64,000 nucleotides of DNA from Verrucomicrobiota bacterium (GTDB lineage: Bacteria > Verrucomicrobiota > Verrucomicrobiia > Opitutales > Coraliomargaritaceae). The DNA lies in NCBI GenBank assembly GCA_039815375.1, contig JBCBZJ010000006.1, positions 1 through 64,000 on the forward strand. The letters run 5' to 3'. Below are positions 20,592-31,420 of this stretch, piece by piece. The position numbers were made by a program, and so were the translations under genes. Under the pieces are notes generated by a model. The model had not been told where the DNA came from, searched no databases, and was given only the letters and a program-made list of their open reading frames with translations. Each line of letters starts with the position of its first letter. Positions within the stretch are counted from its first letter, which is position 1.

Positions 20592-22739
20592 AAACTGAGG
20601 ATCGACGAGACGCAATCTTACACCGAATTCAACATCACTCTCCCGACGCGCATCTTCGCGAAAGGTGATTGCGTAGAGCAGCTCCCAAGTCGTCCCGATT
20701 CGACTTTTTAGACCAAGTTGAAAACGCGTAAATTCTCCGGTTTCAGCATCCAGGCGAAGATCGCTGAGAAGGGCATTTCTCTCGTTCAACCTGTAGATGA
20801 AATCGATCCGGTATTGATTAATACGATCGTTCAGGAGGTCGGTTGAAAGCCCAAGCTCCCAAATTTCTCCGCTCGTAAGTGTGGTGCGAGTTCGGAGCTC
20901 TTCGAGTGTTAAATCCTCTGTGCGGAAGCGACTGGCGAATTCAAATTTCAACCAGGGTGCCGGTTCCATGATCAGCTCAAGCCAGGATGCGTTGAAGGTA
21001 TCTTCTTCCGATCCATCGTAGCGAATATCCCGTTCAAAAAGGACATCCTGATAAAAGTTCAAAGCAGCAAGCGTCCGCGAGCCATAATCTTCGGCACGGG
21101 TTTGGAAAAGATTTTCAAATCCGAACCGCATGAGGTGGGTTTCGGAGAGATCGTCGATGTTACGTATATCGCTAAGATCGAGTGGCGAGCGCTCAAGGTT
21201 GAAAACTTCCCGGTCGATTGCGGCAATCGTATCACGGTCGTCGGAGTCGGAGAAGTAGCGGTAGCGAATGACTGGGCGTATGATGTGACGTAAACCGCTG
21301 ATGTCCCATGTGCGGTTTACTGTCTCATTGATGCGGTAGGCCTGCATTTGTAGATCGAATCCAAGTTCATAGATCGTATTGTCTGCGCTGCCGTCGCTTA
21401 GCACATCCCCTAAAAGGTCCGATGTGATTTCCTGTTGCTCGTATCCCGTGAAGCGAGCTCCGCCAAGCGGCGTAAAAGTGAGCCAGGGTGTGAGATGGAT
21501 AGGCCGCTCGACTCGATAGCTGAAATCATATCGGGTCGATTCGCGTTCTTCGTTGAAGTTTGGCAAGGGAGAGATGTCATATTCTTCACGGAGCTGGGCA
21601 AAGCTTGCGGAGGCCCTGTGGTAGGCGCCGGTGGAAAAGACAGGCTGAGGCAGGACATCGACGCGGACTTCAGGTAGTCTCTCCTGGACGAACTGAAAGT
21701 CGTTTGGGCTAAAACGCCCGAAAGCGGACACGATATAATTGTCTCCTGCGTAGGCAGCCTCGGCAAATGTTGTCCGCTCTCGATTCGCTCTATAGTGTTC
21801 TTCGCGAAAATCACGTGTTACTTCGGAATCCGACCAGTATGAGGCTAAAGCTGTTAAGGTGATGCGCTCGCCGATTTGATGTTTGTGGCGCCACTCCGCA
21901 AAACCGCGCTCGACATCAATCGGATCGTTCAACTGATCAACGCCACGCGCCTCATCGTCACCCTGATCGCTGATATAGCCTGTGCTGACCGATCCGAGGA
22001 TGCGCTGGCTTTCTGAGTTGTAAACATATTGCGCTGTCGGTCCGGCAAGTCCTCCCCGGTCCGTATAGAAATCCAGGTTGGCGCCGAGCCGAAGGAAAGA
22101 TCCGACCGGAAAAAGCGTTGTAGTTTGAAGGTAGGCACCCAGTTCGCCGTCGTAGCCGCCACCAACGTCAAGATAGAAGGGTGCGTTATTAAGGTAGTAC
22201 GTGTAGCCCGGGACGTAGAAAACAGGCACGGATCCGACACGAAGTGTTGCCCCCTTCATCTCTACATAGTCGGTTTGGCCCTCGACATACTGGATCTCAT
22301 CCGAGCTGACATTGAGCGTCAGTGGTCCGGGGTCTCCGTAGTAGACTGTAGCGCCTTGAATGATGATATCCTCTTCGGTTCCACCAGCAGAAACGCCGCT
22401 TAGATTAACGGGCCAGAGCCCTGTTCGCAAAAGATCAGCAGAAAAAATACGTTCGTTTGTATCAAAACTAAGACGATCGGCAATTAGGCGGTAGCCCCCT
22501 TGGCTCAGGGCAATATTACCCTTTGCATCGGCTAGCGAATACTCTTGGTAATAGGTGATCTCGTCGGCCTGCATACGCGTATCGCCAAAGTCCAGACGTG
22601 CGTCCCCACGTGCAACGAGGCGCTGAGAGGCCTCATCAAATTCAAGCGGTTCGATTGAACTTAGTTCGGGCAGGGCAGCATCGAGCGTCAGGGCAGCTGA
22701 AGACAGGGCAAGGAGTGTAAACCGGGCAATTTTTAGCAC
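20589..22739 (-). CDS. lptD: LPS-assembly outer membrane protein LptD
   Basis: Signal peptide, OstA-like N-terminus, VPVFYVP, beta-barrel-like C-terminus; 716 aa. Confidence 0.8.
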   Translation of the reverse strand: MLKIARFTLLALSSAALTLDAALPELSSIEPLEFDEASQRLVARGDARLDFGDTRMQADEITYYQEYSLADAKGNIALSQGGYRLIADRLSFDTNERIFSADLLRTGLWPVNLSGVSAGGTEEDIIIQGATVYYGDPGPLTLNVSSDEIQYVEGQTDYVEMKGATLRVGSVPVFYVPGYTYYLNNAPFYLDVGGGYDGELGAYLQTTTLFPVGSFLRLGANLDFYTDRGGLAGPTAQYVYNSESQRILGSVSTGYISDQGDDEARGVDQLNDPIDVERGFAEWRHKHQIGERITLTALASYWSDSEVTRDFREEHYRANRERTTFAEAAYAGDNYIVSAFGRFSPNDFQFVQERLPEVRVDVLPQPVFSTGAYHRASASFAQLREEYDISPLPNFNEERESTRYDFSYRVERPIHLTPWLTFTPLGGARFTGYEQQEITSDLLGDVLSDGSADNTIYELGFDLQMQAYRINETVNRTWDISGLRHIIRPVIRYRYFSDSDDRDTIAAIDREVFNLERSPLDLSDIRNIDDLSETHLMRFGFENLFQTRAEDYGSRTLAALNFYQDVLFERDIRYDGSEEDTFNASWLELIMEPAPWLKFEFASRFRTEDLTLEELRTRTTLTSGEIWELGLSTDLLNDRINQYRIDFIYRLNERNALLSDLRLDAETGEFTRFQLGLKSRIGTTWELLYAITFREDARRESDVEFGVRLRLVDPQF

Positions 22740-22891
22740 GGAAACGGACTATGGCGGGGCGATTTGGGTGGACAAGTCTTTTATCGTCCAGCCGAAATGA
22801 GCGGGGTTGTTCGAGGCATTAGAACGTAAATCATTTTCAGTGACAGATTAACGGTTCTTGCAAGGCGGTTTCCATACTCTTTTCTGAGGTT

Positions 22892-25117
22892 GTGATCACA
22901 TCTAAATCTGACTTTGAATCAATCATTCGGGTTGCCTGCCCCAGGCCCCACGGAATCCTTGGTATGCATCCGCGGCAGAAGGGGAGGGGTGGTTTGGTGG
23001 TTCGAGCCTATCTTGACGATGCCAAAACCTGCGAGGTTGTTGATGTGGAGAATCCCGACGGTCCACGCTATGCACTCGAGAAGAGGAGTGAGGATGGTTT
23101 CTACGAAGGTCTCATTGAAGATCGGGATAAGGTCTTTCGCTATCGACTGAGAATCGAGCGCTACAATGGAGAGATTCGTCAATTTTATGACCCCTACAGC
23201 TTTCTTCCGACTTTATCCGATGATGACCTTTATCTGATTAGCGAGGGCACGGATATTCGAGTGCACCATAAAATGGGATCTCACCTACGTGAGGTTGATG
23301 GTGTTCCGGGGGCATCATTTGCAGTTTGGGCACCAAACGCCGAACGGGTATCTGTTGTCGGTGATTTTAATCACTGGGACGGTCGCTACCATCCCATGCG
23401 CCGTATCGGTAGTTCAGGAGTTTGGGAGATTTTCGTTCCTGGCCTGGAAACTGGTATGAAGTATAAGTTCGAAATTGGTAATCGCAGCGGGATTCCGCAG
23501 TTAAAGACCGATCCTTATGGCACATTTTTTGAAGCGCCCCCGCATAACGCCTCTATTCTGTATGAGGTAGACGACTACGAATGGAATGATGCAGAATGGG
23601 TTGAGCGTCGTGCTACCACCAAATGGCACAAAGAACCTCTTTCGATTTACGAAATCCACGCGGGCTCCTGGAAGGCGATTGTCGAGGATGCGAACCGCCC
23701 TCTGAGCTATCGTGAATTGGCCACTGAGCTCGTCGACTACGTCAAGGAAATGGGTTACACCCACGTTGAGTTTATGCCACTCTCCGAGCACCCGTTCGAT
23801 GGTTCCTGGGGCTATCAAGTGACAGGCTTTTTTGCGCCCACCCAGCGTTTTGGCTCTCCGAAAGATTTCATGTATTTGGTCGATACCCTTCACCAAAACG
23901 GAATTGGCGTAATCATGGATTGGGTCCCGGCTCACTTCCCAACAGATAGTTTTGCGCTGGCCCACTTTGATGGCACCGCTCTTTACGAACATGCTGATCC
24001 GAGGCAGGGTTTTCACCAGGATTGGGGCACCCTGATCTTTAACTATGGCCGTGACGAGGTGCGGGGTTTCCTGATCGCTTCAGCCCTGGCTTGGTTGGAG
24101 CGCTATCATATTGACGGTCTGCGGGTCGATGCAGTGGCATCGATGCTATACCTCGACTATTCGAGGGAAGAAGGCGAATGGATCCCCAATCAATATGGCG
24201 GACGGGAAAATCTCGAAGCGATAGATTTCCTTCGACAGACCAATGATCTGGCGCACAAGCACTTTCCCGGCACGCTTATGATTGCCGAGGAGTCCACTGC
24301 CTTTCCAGGCGTCACGAAACCAACCAAGGAGGGGGGGCTAGGCTTCGACTTGAAGTGGAACATGGGTTGGATGCACGACACGCTTCAGTATTTCAGCAAG
24401 GATCCAGTCTATCGGAAATACGAGCACGACCAACTCTCATTTGGCATGCTCTACCAGTATTCCGAGAACTTTACCCAAGTCTTTTCGCACGATGAAGTGG
24501 TGCACGGAAAAGGCTCTATGATCATGAAAATGCCTTGTGAGCCAATGTCACAAAAGGCACACCAGCTTCGTCTTCTTTATGCCCTGATGTGGCTTTGGCC
24601 GGGCAAGAAGACACTGTTCATGGGAAGCGATTTCGGACAGTCGTCGGAATGGAAATACAGCAACAGTCTGGACTGGCACCTACTCGAATACATCGACCAC
24701 AGCGGCATACATTTGTTGATCCGCGATCTCAATGCAATCTATCGAGGCATACCTGCGCTGGCAGCCTACGACAATGATCAGCGCGGTTTCGAGTGGATTA
24801 ACTGTAGTGACGCGGATAACAGCACGTTGACCTTTATCCGGAAAGCACGAAAGAAAACCGATACGCTTGTCGCCGCCGGTAATTTCACGCCAGTTCGCCG
24901 CGAAGATTACCGGGTCGGTGTTCCTTACCCGGGATACTGGAAAGAAATCCTCAATACGGATGCCAAGGACTACGGTGGGCAAGGCTACGGCAATTGTGGA
25001 GGTGTCGAAGCCGACGAAATCGAATGGGATGGACGCCCTTACTCGATCAAGCTCAATCTATCTGCTTTCGCGATGAATGCGTTCTGTTATCAAGGACATT
25101 CGAAGGCAGGCTCTTGA
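22892..25117 (+). CDS. glgB: 1,4-alpha-glucan branching enzyme
   Basis: SWGYQVTG, DGLRVDAVASMLY, IAEEST, WNMGWMHD and SHDEVVHGK motifs. Confidence 0.97.
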   Translation: MITSKSDFESIIRVACPRPHGILGMHPRQKGRGGLVVRAYLDDAKTCEVVDVENPDGPRYALEKRSEDGFYEGLIEDRDKVFRYRLRIERYNGEIRQFYDPYSFLPTLSDDDLYLISEGTDIRVHHKMGSHLREVDGVPGASFAVWAPNAERVSVVGDFNHWDGRYHPMRRIGSSGVWEIFVPGLETGMKYKFEIGNRSGIPQLKTDPYGTFFEAPPHNASILYEVDDYEWNDAEWVERRATTKWHKEPLSIYEIHAGSWKAIVEDANRPLSYRELATELVDYVKEMGYTHVEFMPLSEHPFDGSWGYQVTGFFAPTQRFGSPKDFMYLVDTLHQNGIGVIMDWVPAHFPTDSFALAHFDGTALYEHADPRQGFHQDWGTLIFNYGRDEVRGFLIASALAWLERYHIDGLRVDAVASMLYLDYSREEGEWIPNQYGGRENLEAIDFLRQTNDLAHKHFPGTLMIAEESTAFPGVTKPTKEGGLGFDLKWNMGWMHDTLQYFSKDPVYRKYEHDQLSFGMLYQYSENFTQVFSHDEVVHGKGSMIMKMPCEPMSQKAHQLRLLYALMWLWPGKKTLFMGSDFGQSSEWKYSNSLDWHLLEYIDHSGIHLLIRDLNAIYRGIPALAAYDNDQRGFEWINCSDADNSTLTFIRKARKKTDTLVAAGNFTPVRREDYRVGVPYPGYWKEILNTDAKDYGGQGYGNCGGVEADEIEWDGRPYSIKLNLSAFAMNAFCYQGHSKAGS

Positions 25118-25321
25118 ATGCGAGTAATTTTAGCAGTGCATCGGCTTTTGCGAGCGTATGCGCCTGCTCCACGAGTGCCTGCTAGCCAGTAAATGTCGTG
25201 CGTCATGTTTGGTAGAATATTTTCACAGCAAATACAGCACACTCGTTAATTTATAAATACGTTACTTTTTGTTACATTTATGGATTCTTGATTACGTAGG
25301 TCCGACTGATATTGAAATACC

Positions 25322-25519
25322 ATGGATCAAATTCACATCTTACAGGAGCGAATCACCCATTTGGAGAAACATATCTCTGAACAGGACGCCGAAATGTATA
25401 AATGGATGCGTTGCCTTGAGTCGCTGCAGGGCCTGATCAAGAAACTCGAACTGCGTTTGGCAGCACTGGAGGAGGGCAACGGGGATATGCCTGCCAACGA
25501 AAAACCTCCACACTATTGA
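25322..25519 (+). CDS. slyX: SlyX family protein
   Basis: Coiled coil ending in EKPPHY. Confidence 0.85.
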   Translation: MDQIHILQERITHLEKHISEQDAEMYKWMRCLESLQGLIKKLELRLAALEEGNGDMPANEKPPHY

Positions 25520-26283
25520 ATCTTCTTGGCTCGAATCGCCTCTGTCAGCTCTCCATGAAAGCTGCCGACGACGACTTCGCTTTTCATTTTTACGGGTATG
25601 GCAGGCTTCTCCTTGGAAAGCCATAGAACAATGCTGGCATCGGGGCTTTTATCGAAAACTCCGTTCAGCTCTTTGGTTGCAACGTCGAGTTCATGAGTTT
25701 GGAAGTGACCTGTCCGGGTTTTTATTTTCCGGTCTTTCTTATGGCGCACTTCGATTTGCACGACATCGTCGCCGTCAGTTGTAGCGAAAGACCGCATGTC
25801 TTCATTGCTGAAATTTGTTTCTGCAATGGCCAGGATCAGTGAAAGTGGATCATAGGTGTCTTCGGATATTTCGATCGTTTCTCTCAGCTTTCCGTTCCTG
25901 TAGTAAGTGGCAGACATGTTGACCCAGTTGAAATGGAGCTCCTCATCACGCTTCGTTTTACCTTCACGCTGCTTTTTTTTGTAGAGAATTGGCCTCCCGG
26001 TCTCCAGATCGACCCACGATTCCACCTTGTCCCGCACCTTGAAGATTTTATCCGCCAATCCACTTGTTCGAACTGTCAGTATGGTGTGAAGGTATTCTTT
26101 GTTCTCCGGTTCAATAGACGATCGTTCGAATTGTAGGGTAGCGTTGCCGACTTTGATAAAGCTCCAGTGTAGATCGTAACCGAAACGATCTCCCGGCGAG
26201 AAGGGCAGTTCAGCGCGAAGCGAGCTCAGAGGAATCAGAAAAATCCCGAAGACTGCGATTCGTAGTAACAGATTGATTCTCAC
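25513..26283 (-). CDS. DUF3108 domain secreted protein
   Basis: PFSPGDRFGYDLHW...DPLSLI...IPVKMKSEVVVGSF pattern. Confidence 0.75.
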   Translation of the reverse strand: MRINLLLRIAVFGIFLIPLSSLRAELPFSPGDRFGYDLHWSFIKVGNATLQFERSSIEPENKEYLHTILTVRTSGLADKIFKVRDKVESWVDLETGRPILYKKKQREGKTKRDEELHFNWVNMSATYYRNGKLRETIEISEDTYDPLSLILAIAETNFSNEDMRSFATTDGDDVVQIEVRHKKDRKIKTRTGHFQTHELDVATKELNGVFDKSPDASIVLWLSKEKPAIPVKMKSEVVVGSFHGELTEAIRAKKIQ

Positions 26284-26290
26284 GATTCAT

Positions 26291-26484
26291 TAAGAGGACG
26301 TTCAGTGAAATCTAATTATGGTTACTTTACAAGGCAAGGTGGACGAAATCGATATCCGAATCGAGGTCGCAGTCGATTTGGATGTCAATTTGCTACGCCA
26401 TCTTCATTTTATTACGTTCGCTTCGATTTCGAGACACATGAGAAGTAAAGCAACGCTTTTAGAAATTTATCAGACACACTCTTA
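26291..26484. repeat. MITE-like interspersed repeat, copy B (longest)
   Basis: TAAGAG...CTCTTA terminal inverted repeat; homologous to copies A and C. Confidence 0.8.
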
Positions 26485-26573
26485 GAGCCAAGGCTACAGT
26501 TCTCGATTTTTTTGTAGCCTCGAAACTCTGTTTCGGGGATTCGCGCACCTACTCCTGGACAGTCTCGGGTTGT

Positions 26574-27809
26574 TCAATCCGATGTCATTGCCATACCGGC
26601 GAGCCGCCCCGTCGTCCAGGCTGCCTGAAAATTGAAACCTCCGGTTACGCCGTCCATGTCCAGACACTCGCCGGCAAAGTACAAGCCAGGCACTGAACGG
26701 CTTTCCATCGTCTTAAAATTAACCTCTTGAAGTCGCACACCTCCGCAGGTGACGAACTCCTCCTTATTTGTCGTTTTGCCCTGCACAGAGAACTTTGCAT
26801 TGATAAGCTCGGCGATCAGCTTCGATTCCTGAGCTTTTCTGAGCTGCGACCAGCTTCGGTCTTCAATGCCGCAAATTTCGATAATACGCTCCCAGAGCCG
26901 CCGTGGTAGGCCAAAGAAGGATTTGTTGCGGATTAAAGTTTTCCCTTGGCTGGCACGTAGATCGTTGCATTGGTGACGTAATTGATTTTCGGATACATCA
27001 CCCAGCCAGTTAATCGAAATATCGAAATGGTAATTTTCTGTTTGAAGCTGACGTGCCTCCCATGCCGACAAACGTAGGATGGCCGGGCCGCTCAGTCCGC
27101 GATGCGTGATGAGGATCGGGCCTTTTTGCTCGGATCCTTTGCGTGTTGTTTTCACCCGTGCGTTCTTGACAGAGATGCCGGATAAGCCGTGCGTGCGTTT
27201 GTCAGCAATATTGAAAGCAAAGAGCGAAGGTGCCAGTGGTTCTACGCTGTGTCCGAATCCTACTAGGATTTTTTCGATGCGTGAACCTTTAAGCGAGCCT
27301 GCTGCGATGCAAACTCTGTCGGCATGCGCAAAGCTGCCATCCGAGAGTTCCAACGAGAAGCGGCCCTCTTCGTCCAGAGCCAAGTCGTCTAACCCGAGAT
27401 TCTTCCTCACCTGGATGCCCGCTCTCGAAGCATTTGTCTCGAAGCAATCAATAATGGTTTGAGAATCGTCGGTAGTCGGGAACATACGACCATCCGGCTC
27501 TGCTTTAATTTGCACGTTTCGTTCGGCAAACCACTGAATCGTGTCACTTGGTTGCCAGCGGTGGAAGGCACCCAGAAGCTCTCTATTGCCGCGTGGATAG
27601 TTGCGTATGAGGTATCTTGGTTCGAAGCAGTTATGGGTGACATTGCATCGCCCTCCACCGGAGATTTTGACCTTGGTCAGGGTGCGGCGCCCGGATTCAT
27701 AAATAGTGACTTTGGCCTCGGGATCGGCCTCTGCCGCAGTCAAGGCTGCAAAGAAGCCGGCAGCTCCACCGCCGATAACAGCTACGACCTTTGGGGGCTT
27801 TTCGGACAC
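26574..27809 (-). CDS. HI0933/BaiN family flavoprotein
   Basis: GGGAAG, KVKISGGGRCNVT, GRMFP and GGFNFQAAW motifs. Confidence 0.93.
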   Translation of the reverse strand: MSEKPPKVVAVIGGGAAGFFAALTAAEADPEAKVTIYESGRRTLTKVKISGGGRCNVTHNCFEPRYLIRNYPRGNRELLGAFHRWQPSDTIQWFAERNVQIKAEPDGRMFPTTDDSQTIIDCFETNASRAGIQVRKNLGLDDLALDEEGRFSLELSDGSFAHADRVCIAAGSLKGSRIEKILVGFGHSVEPLAPSLFAFNIADKRTHGLSGISVKNARVKTTRKGSEQKGPILITHRGLSGPAILRLSAWEARQLQTENYHFDISINWLGDVSENQLRHQCNDLRASQGKTLIRNKSFFGLPRRLWERIIEICGIEDRSWSQLRKAQESKLIAELINAKFSVQGKTTNKEEFVTCGGVRLQEVNFKTMESRSVPGLYFAGECLDMDGVTGGFNFQAAWTTGRLAGMAMTSD

Positions 27810-27812
27810 TTC

Positions 27813-28859
27813 TTATTTCGTGCTAAAGCGGAAGATTGTAGTTGATTGAAAAGTCGATCCGGACTTCAGAACTGCGCCTCCCATATCTGGATAGTTGACA
27901 CTGTCGGCATAGTCCTGCGTCTCAAGGCAGAGCCCACTTAGGGCAGGGTAGTCACAGCCGCCTTTTCCGTGCTCTCGACCATCCGCAGAAAGGGCAAGCC
28001 CTGCATAGAACTGAACGCCGGGTTCAGTGGTTAAAACCTCCATGTAGCGACCGCTCACCGGTTCGTAAACGCTTGCGATCCATTTCGGGTGGTTGGTTCG
28101 CCCCTCCGGATGGTTGAAGTGTATATCGGCGTTACCAGTCTCGAGAACTTCCCGGTCTTTCAAGGCAACTGCTTCACGGTAATCGTTGTAACCAATTTCA
28201 ACCGGATCTTTGCGTCCGACCAAAGTTGCATCCGAATCGACGCTTGCGACGGTGTCGGCTATGATTTGAAGCTCGTGATCAAGGATGTCGCCCGAGTCGT
28301 GTCCAGCCAGATTAAAATAGCTGTGGTTCGTCAAGTTGAGTGGTGTGGTCTTATCAGTCGTTGCGGAATACTTGATCTCAAAACTGTTGTCCTCAAGGAG
28401 CGCGTAGGTGACGGTGCAGTCGAGCGTGCCGGGGAAGTTATTATGTCCATCGGGATCTGATAAGGTGAGTCGTAGCTTCTCAATCGAGTCTTCTTGAATG
28501 ATACTTGCGCGCCAGACCATTTTATCGAAGCCTTCTTCGCCACCATGGAGACAGTTTGATCCGTTGTTTTGGACGAGTTTGTAATCGATACCATCGATCG
28601 TGAACCTTCCTCCGCCGATACGGCCGGCAACGCGGCCGGTTATGGTGCCAAAGCATGGGTGTCCGGCCAGATAGTCCTCCAAGCTATCTTTCCCGAGGAC
28701 AATGTCCGCCAGCTTTCCGTTACGGTCAGGCGCATTCAGGCTTATGACGATTCCTCCGTAGTTGGTGATGTTGACATTGAGACCGTTGCTGTTCTGAAGC
28801 CTGAAAAGGCTAATCGGTTCGTTTCCATGATGCCCGAATGGCGTTTGAGTAATGCGCAT
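27813..28859 (-). CDS. galM: Aldose 1-epimerase
   Basis: GRVAGRI, LHGG, NLTNHSYFNL and GLCLETQ motifs. Confidence 0.92.
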   Translation of the reverse strand: MRITQTPFGHHGNEPISLFRLQNSNGLNVNITNYGGIVISLNAPDRNGKLADIVLGKDSLEDYLAGHPCFGTITGRVAGRIGGGRFTIDGIDYKLVQNNGSNCLHGGEEGFDKMVWRASIIQEDSIEKLRLTLSDPDGHNNFPGTLDCTVTYALLEDNSFEIKYSATTDKTTPLNLTNHSYFNLAGHDSGDILDHELQIIADTVASVDSDATLVGRKDPVEIGYNDYREAVALKDREVLETGNADIHFNHPEGRTNHPKWIASVYEPVSGRYMEVLTTEPGVQFYAGLALSADGREHGKGGCDYPALSGLCLETQDYADSVNYPDMGGAVLKSGSTFQSTTIFRFSTK

Positions 28860-28919
28860 ACTTCTCAGATTTAATCTGTCAGCAGGTCCGACTAAACGAA
28901 CAGTTTCTTGTTGGGGGGA

Positions 28920-29010
<91 letters not shown>

Positions 29011-29140
29011 ATACCAATGCAGGTAGCAAAGATCGCTATCCTGAAAAATCAACTGTTTATATTGAAGAGTTTTGTGGCCGACGCTGCGCTTGTTCCGGTT
29101 CGCGCTGCGACCGGTCTTGTCGTCGCGTTGCTCCTCGGGA

Positions 29141-29204
29141 CGGCCACTCAGCCACGTCTCCATACCAATACAGGTAGCAAAGATCGCTATCCTGAAAAAT
29201 CAAC
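29141..29204 (-). repeat. 64-bp direct repeat of the tRNA-Ser 5' end (21 nt) plus upstream region
   Basis: 63/64 identical to 28990-29053. Confidence 0.95.
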
Positions 29205-29298
29205 CCCTGATTTTGCCCAGTCAGTAAAATTCGTGATGTTGATTTAAGTTTGCGCCGTCGTTGACGAGTCGTTGTTTTCCTCAGCTTTCCAATTTTGA

Positions 29299-30879
29299 AT
29301 GATGAGCCAGTCCATCCAAATCTACGATACTACTCTGCGTGACGGCACGCAGGGCGAAGGTGTTTCATTTACCGTCGCGGCGAAGCTTCGGGTGGCTGAG
29401 AAGCTAGACCAGTTTGGTATTGATTACATTGAAGGCGGCTGGCCCGGGTCGAATCCGCGTGATATGGCGTTTTTTGAGGAAGCTCAGAAACTTGAGCTCA
29501 AACACGCCAAAATTGCTGCATTCGGTTCGACGCGTCGTGCCAGTCTGAGCGCGGAAGAAGATCCGCAGTTGAAGTTGCTGCTGGATGCAAACACGCCGGT
29601 TGTGACCATCTTTGGTAAAACCTGGCTCCTTCATGTCACAGAAATCCTACGCACCACTGCTGAGGAAAACCTTAAGATGATCGAAGATTCGGTCCGCTTT
29701 CTCAAAGAAAATGGGCGTGAGGTCATCTATGACGCCGAGCACTTCTTCGATGGTTATTGCGACAACCCCGAGTATGCGCTGCAGACCCTTGAGGCGGCAC
29801 AACGCGGTGGCGCGGTCAATCTGACACTCTGTGACACGAATGGCGGTAAGCTGGTTGGAGAGGTCAACAAGATCGTCGGTAAGGTCGTGGCTCATTTTCC
29901 TGAAACACCGATTGGTGTGCATTGTCACAACGATTCCGGTCTCGGCGTCGCCGTTTCACTGGCCGGTATCGAATCCGGTGCTTCACTTGTTCAAGGCACC
30001 ATGAACGGAGTCGGTGAACGTAACGGTAATGCCAATCTGACAACCATTATTCCGAACCTCTCGCTCAAGATGGGTAAGGAGATGAACTGTTCGGGCCATC
30101 TAAGTAAGTTGCGCGATCTTTCGCTCTTCGTTGACGAAATGGCCAATCGCTCTTCCGACATAAAGGCGCCCTTTGTGGGAACAAGTGCTTTTGCTCATAA
30201 GGGTGGCGTGCACGCTGATGCTGCTGCCAAGGTGAAGCACAGTTATGAGCACATCGAGCCGGAGCTTGTTGGCAATCGCACACGCGTGCTGGTTTCCGAT
30301 ATGTCCGGCCGAAGTAGTGTGATGATGAAGGCCAAGGAAATCGGCGTAGAGCTGGATGCTCGTTCACCCGAGCTCAAGGAATTCCTTAATGAGCTGAAGG
30401 AGCTCGAATTCAAGGGTTACGAATACGAAGCTGCTGACGCTTCCTTTGAGCTCCTGCTCAATCGCTACTTAAAAGAAAAGAAGGACGACTTTGAGCTCAT
30501 CGGCTATCGTGTGATGGTTGGTCGCCAGACTGCTTTGAATCGCACAGTATCTGAAGCAACGGTTCAGTTGAAGGTTGGCGATGAGGTGCACCACACGGTT
30601 GCAGAAGCCACGGGTCCGGTTGGTGCGCTTGACGCCGCTCTACGAAAGGCCATTGCACCGGTTTTTCCGGAAATCGGTGAAGTTGAACTGATCGACTTCA
30701 AGGTGCGCATTCTTGAGAGCCAGCACGGCACTGACGCGATCATTCGTGTTCAAATTGAATCTACCGACGGTCAGGAAATATGGGGCACGGTTGGTGCGAG
30801 CGACAACATTATCGAGGCCACTTGGGAGGCGCTTGTCGATTCAGTCGAGTACAAGATACTTCTCGATTCCCGAAAGTAG
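29299..30879 (+). CDS. cimA: Citramalate synthase
   Basis: DTTLRDGTQGEG, EGGWPGSNP, YDAEHFFDG, HCHND and AFAHKGG motifs. Confidence 0.92.
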   Translation: MMSQSIQIYDTTLRDGTQGEGVSFTVAAKLRVAEKLDQFGIDYIEGGWPGSNPRDMAFFEEAQKLELKHAKIAAFGSTRRASLSAEEDPQLKLLLDANTPVVTIFGKTWLLHVTEILRTTAEENLKMIEDSVRFLKENGREVIYDAEHFFDGYCDNPEYALQTLEAAQRGGAVNLTLCDTNGGKLVGEVNKIVGKVVAHFPETPIGVHCHNDSGLGVAVSLAGIESGASLVQGTMNGVGERNGNANLTTIIPNLSLKMGKEMNCSGHLSKLRDLSLFVDEMANRSSDIKAPFVGTSAFAHKGGVHADAAAKVKHSYEHIEPELVGNRTRVLVSDMSGRSSVMMKAKEIGVELDARSPELKEFLNELKELEFKGYEYEAADASFELLLNRYLKEKKDDFELIGYRVMVGRQTALNRTVSEATVQLKVGDEVHHTVAEATGPVGALDAALRKAIAPVFPEIGEVELIDFKVRILESQHGTDAIIRVQIESTDGQEIWGTVGASDNIIEATWEALVDSVEYKILLDSRK

Positions 30880-30892
30880 CAGGATTTGCTGA

Positions 30893-30922
30893 GGAGGCGA
30901 GGGCAGGTCTTCCTCGCTTTCC
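30893..30922. terminator. Hairpin between convergent cimA and VOC genes
   Basis: GGAGGCGAGG / CCTCGCTTTCC stem. Confidence 0.5.
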
Positions 30923-30929
30923 AATCTAC

Positions 30930-31316
30930 TTAGTGTTCCAAAATCTCGACCTCGTAACCGTCCGGGTCGGTGATAAAGGCCATTTTCTTACCATCGACAA
31001 ATTTCTCACGCCAACTGCCCGGCCAGAGGTCGATCGTCAGGTCGAGACCTTCAAGCATTTCGCAGTAGGCGATGATATCATCCACGCGGATGCAGGTGTG
31101 AACCAAGTCCTCCGGGAACTTCACTTCGAAGTCGGGCGAGTAGGTGAGCTCGAGCTTGTGCTCACTGCCGGGAATTTGGAGATGAGCGAGTTCGTTGCCG
31201 CTTGGGGACTTGTCGGTGCGCTTAAGTACTTCAAAGCCGCAAGTCTGGCAATACCAGTCGATGGACTTTTCAAGGTTGGAAACGCGGATACGGGTGTGGT
31301 CGAAGGTGACAGGCAT
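30930..31316 (-). CDS. VOC/glyoxalase (lactoylglutathione lyase-like) protein
   Basis: HTRIRVSNLEKSIDWY and FITDPDGYEVE motifs. Confidence 0.88.
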   Translation of the reverse strand: MPVTFDHTRIRVSNLEKSIDWYCQTCGFEVLKRTDKSPSGNELAHLQIPGSEHKLELTYSPDFEVKFPEDLVHTCIRVDDIIAYCEMLEGLDLTIDLWPGSWREKFVDGKKMAFITDPDGYEVEILEH

Positions 31317-31420
31317 GGTAGTTAGATAATGTTTGCTGGTTGATTTGCTGTTGAGTCCTAGCCTTAGCTAAGTCGAGGCAGAGTTCAACTTGCAACAGGT
31401 AACATTTCCCAAACAAGCAC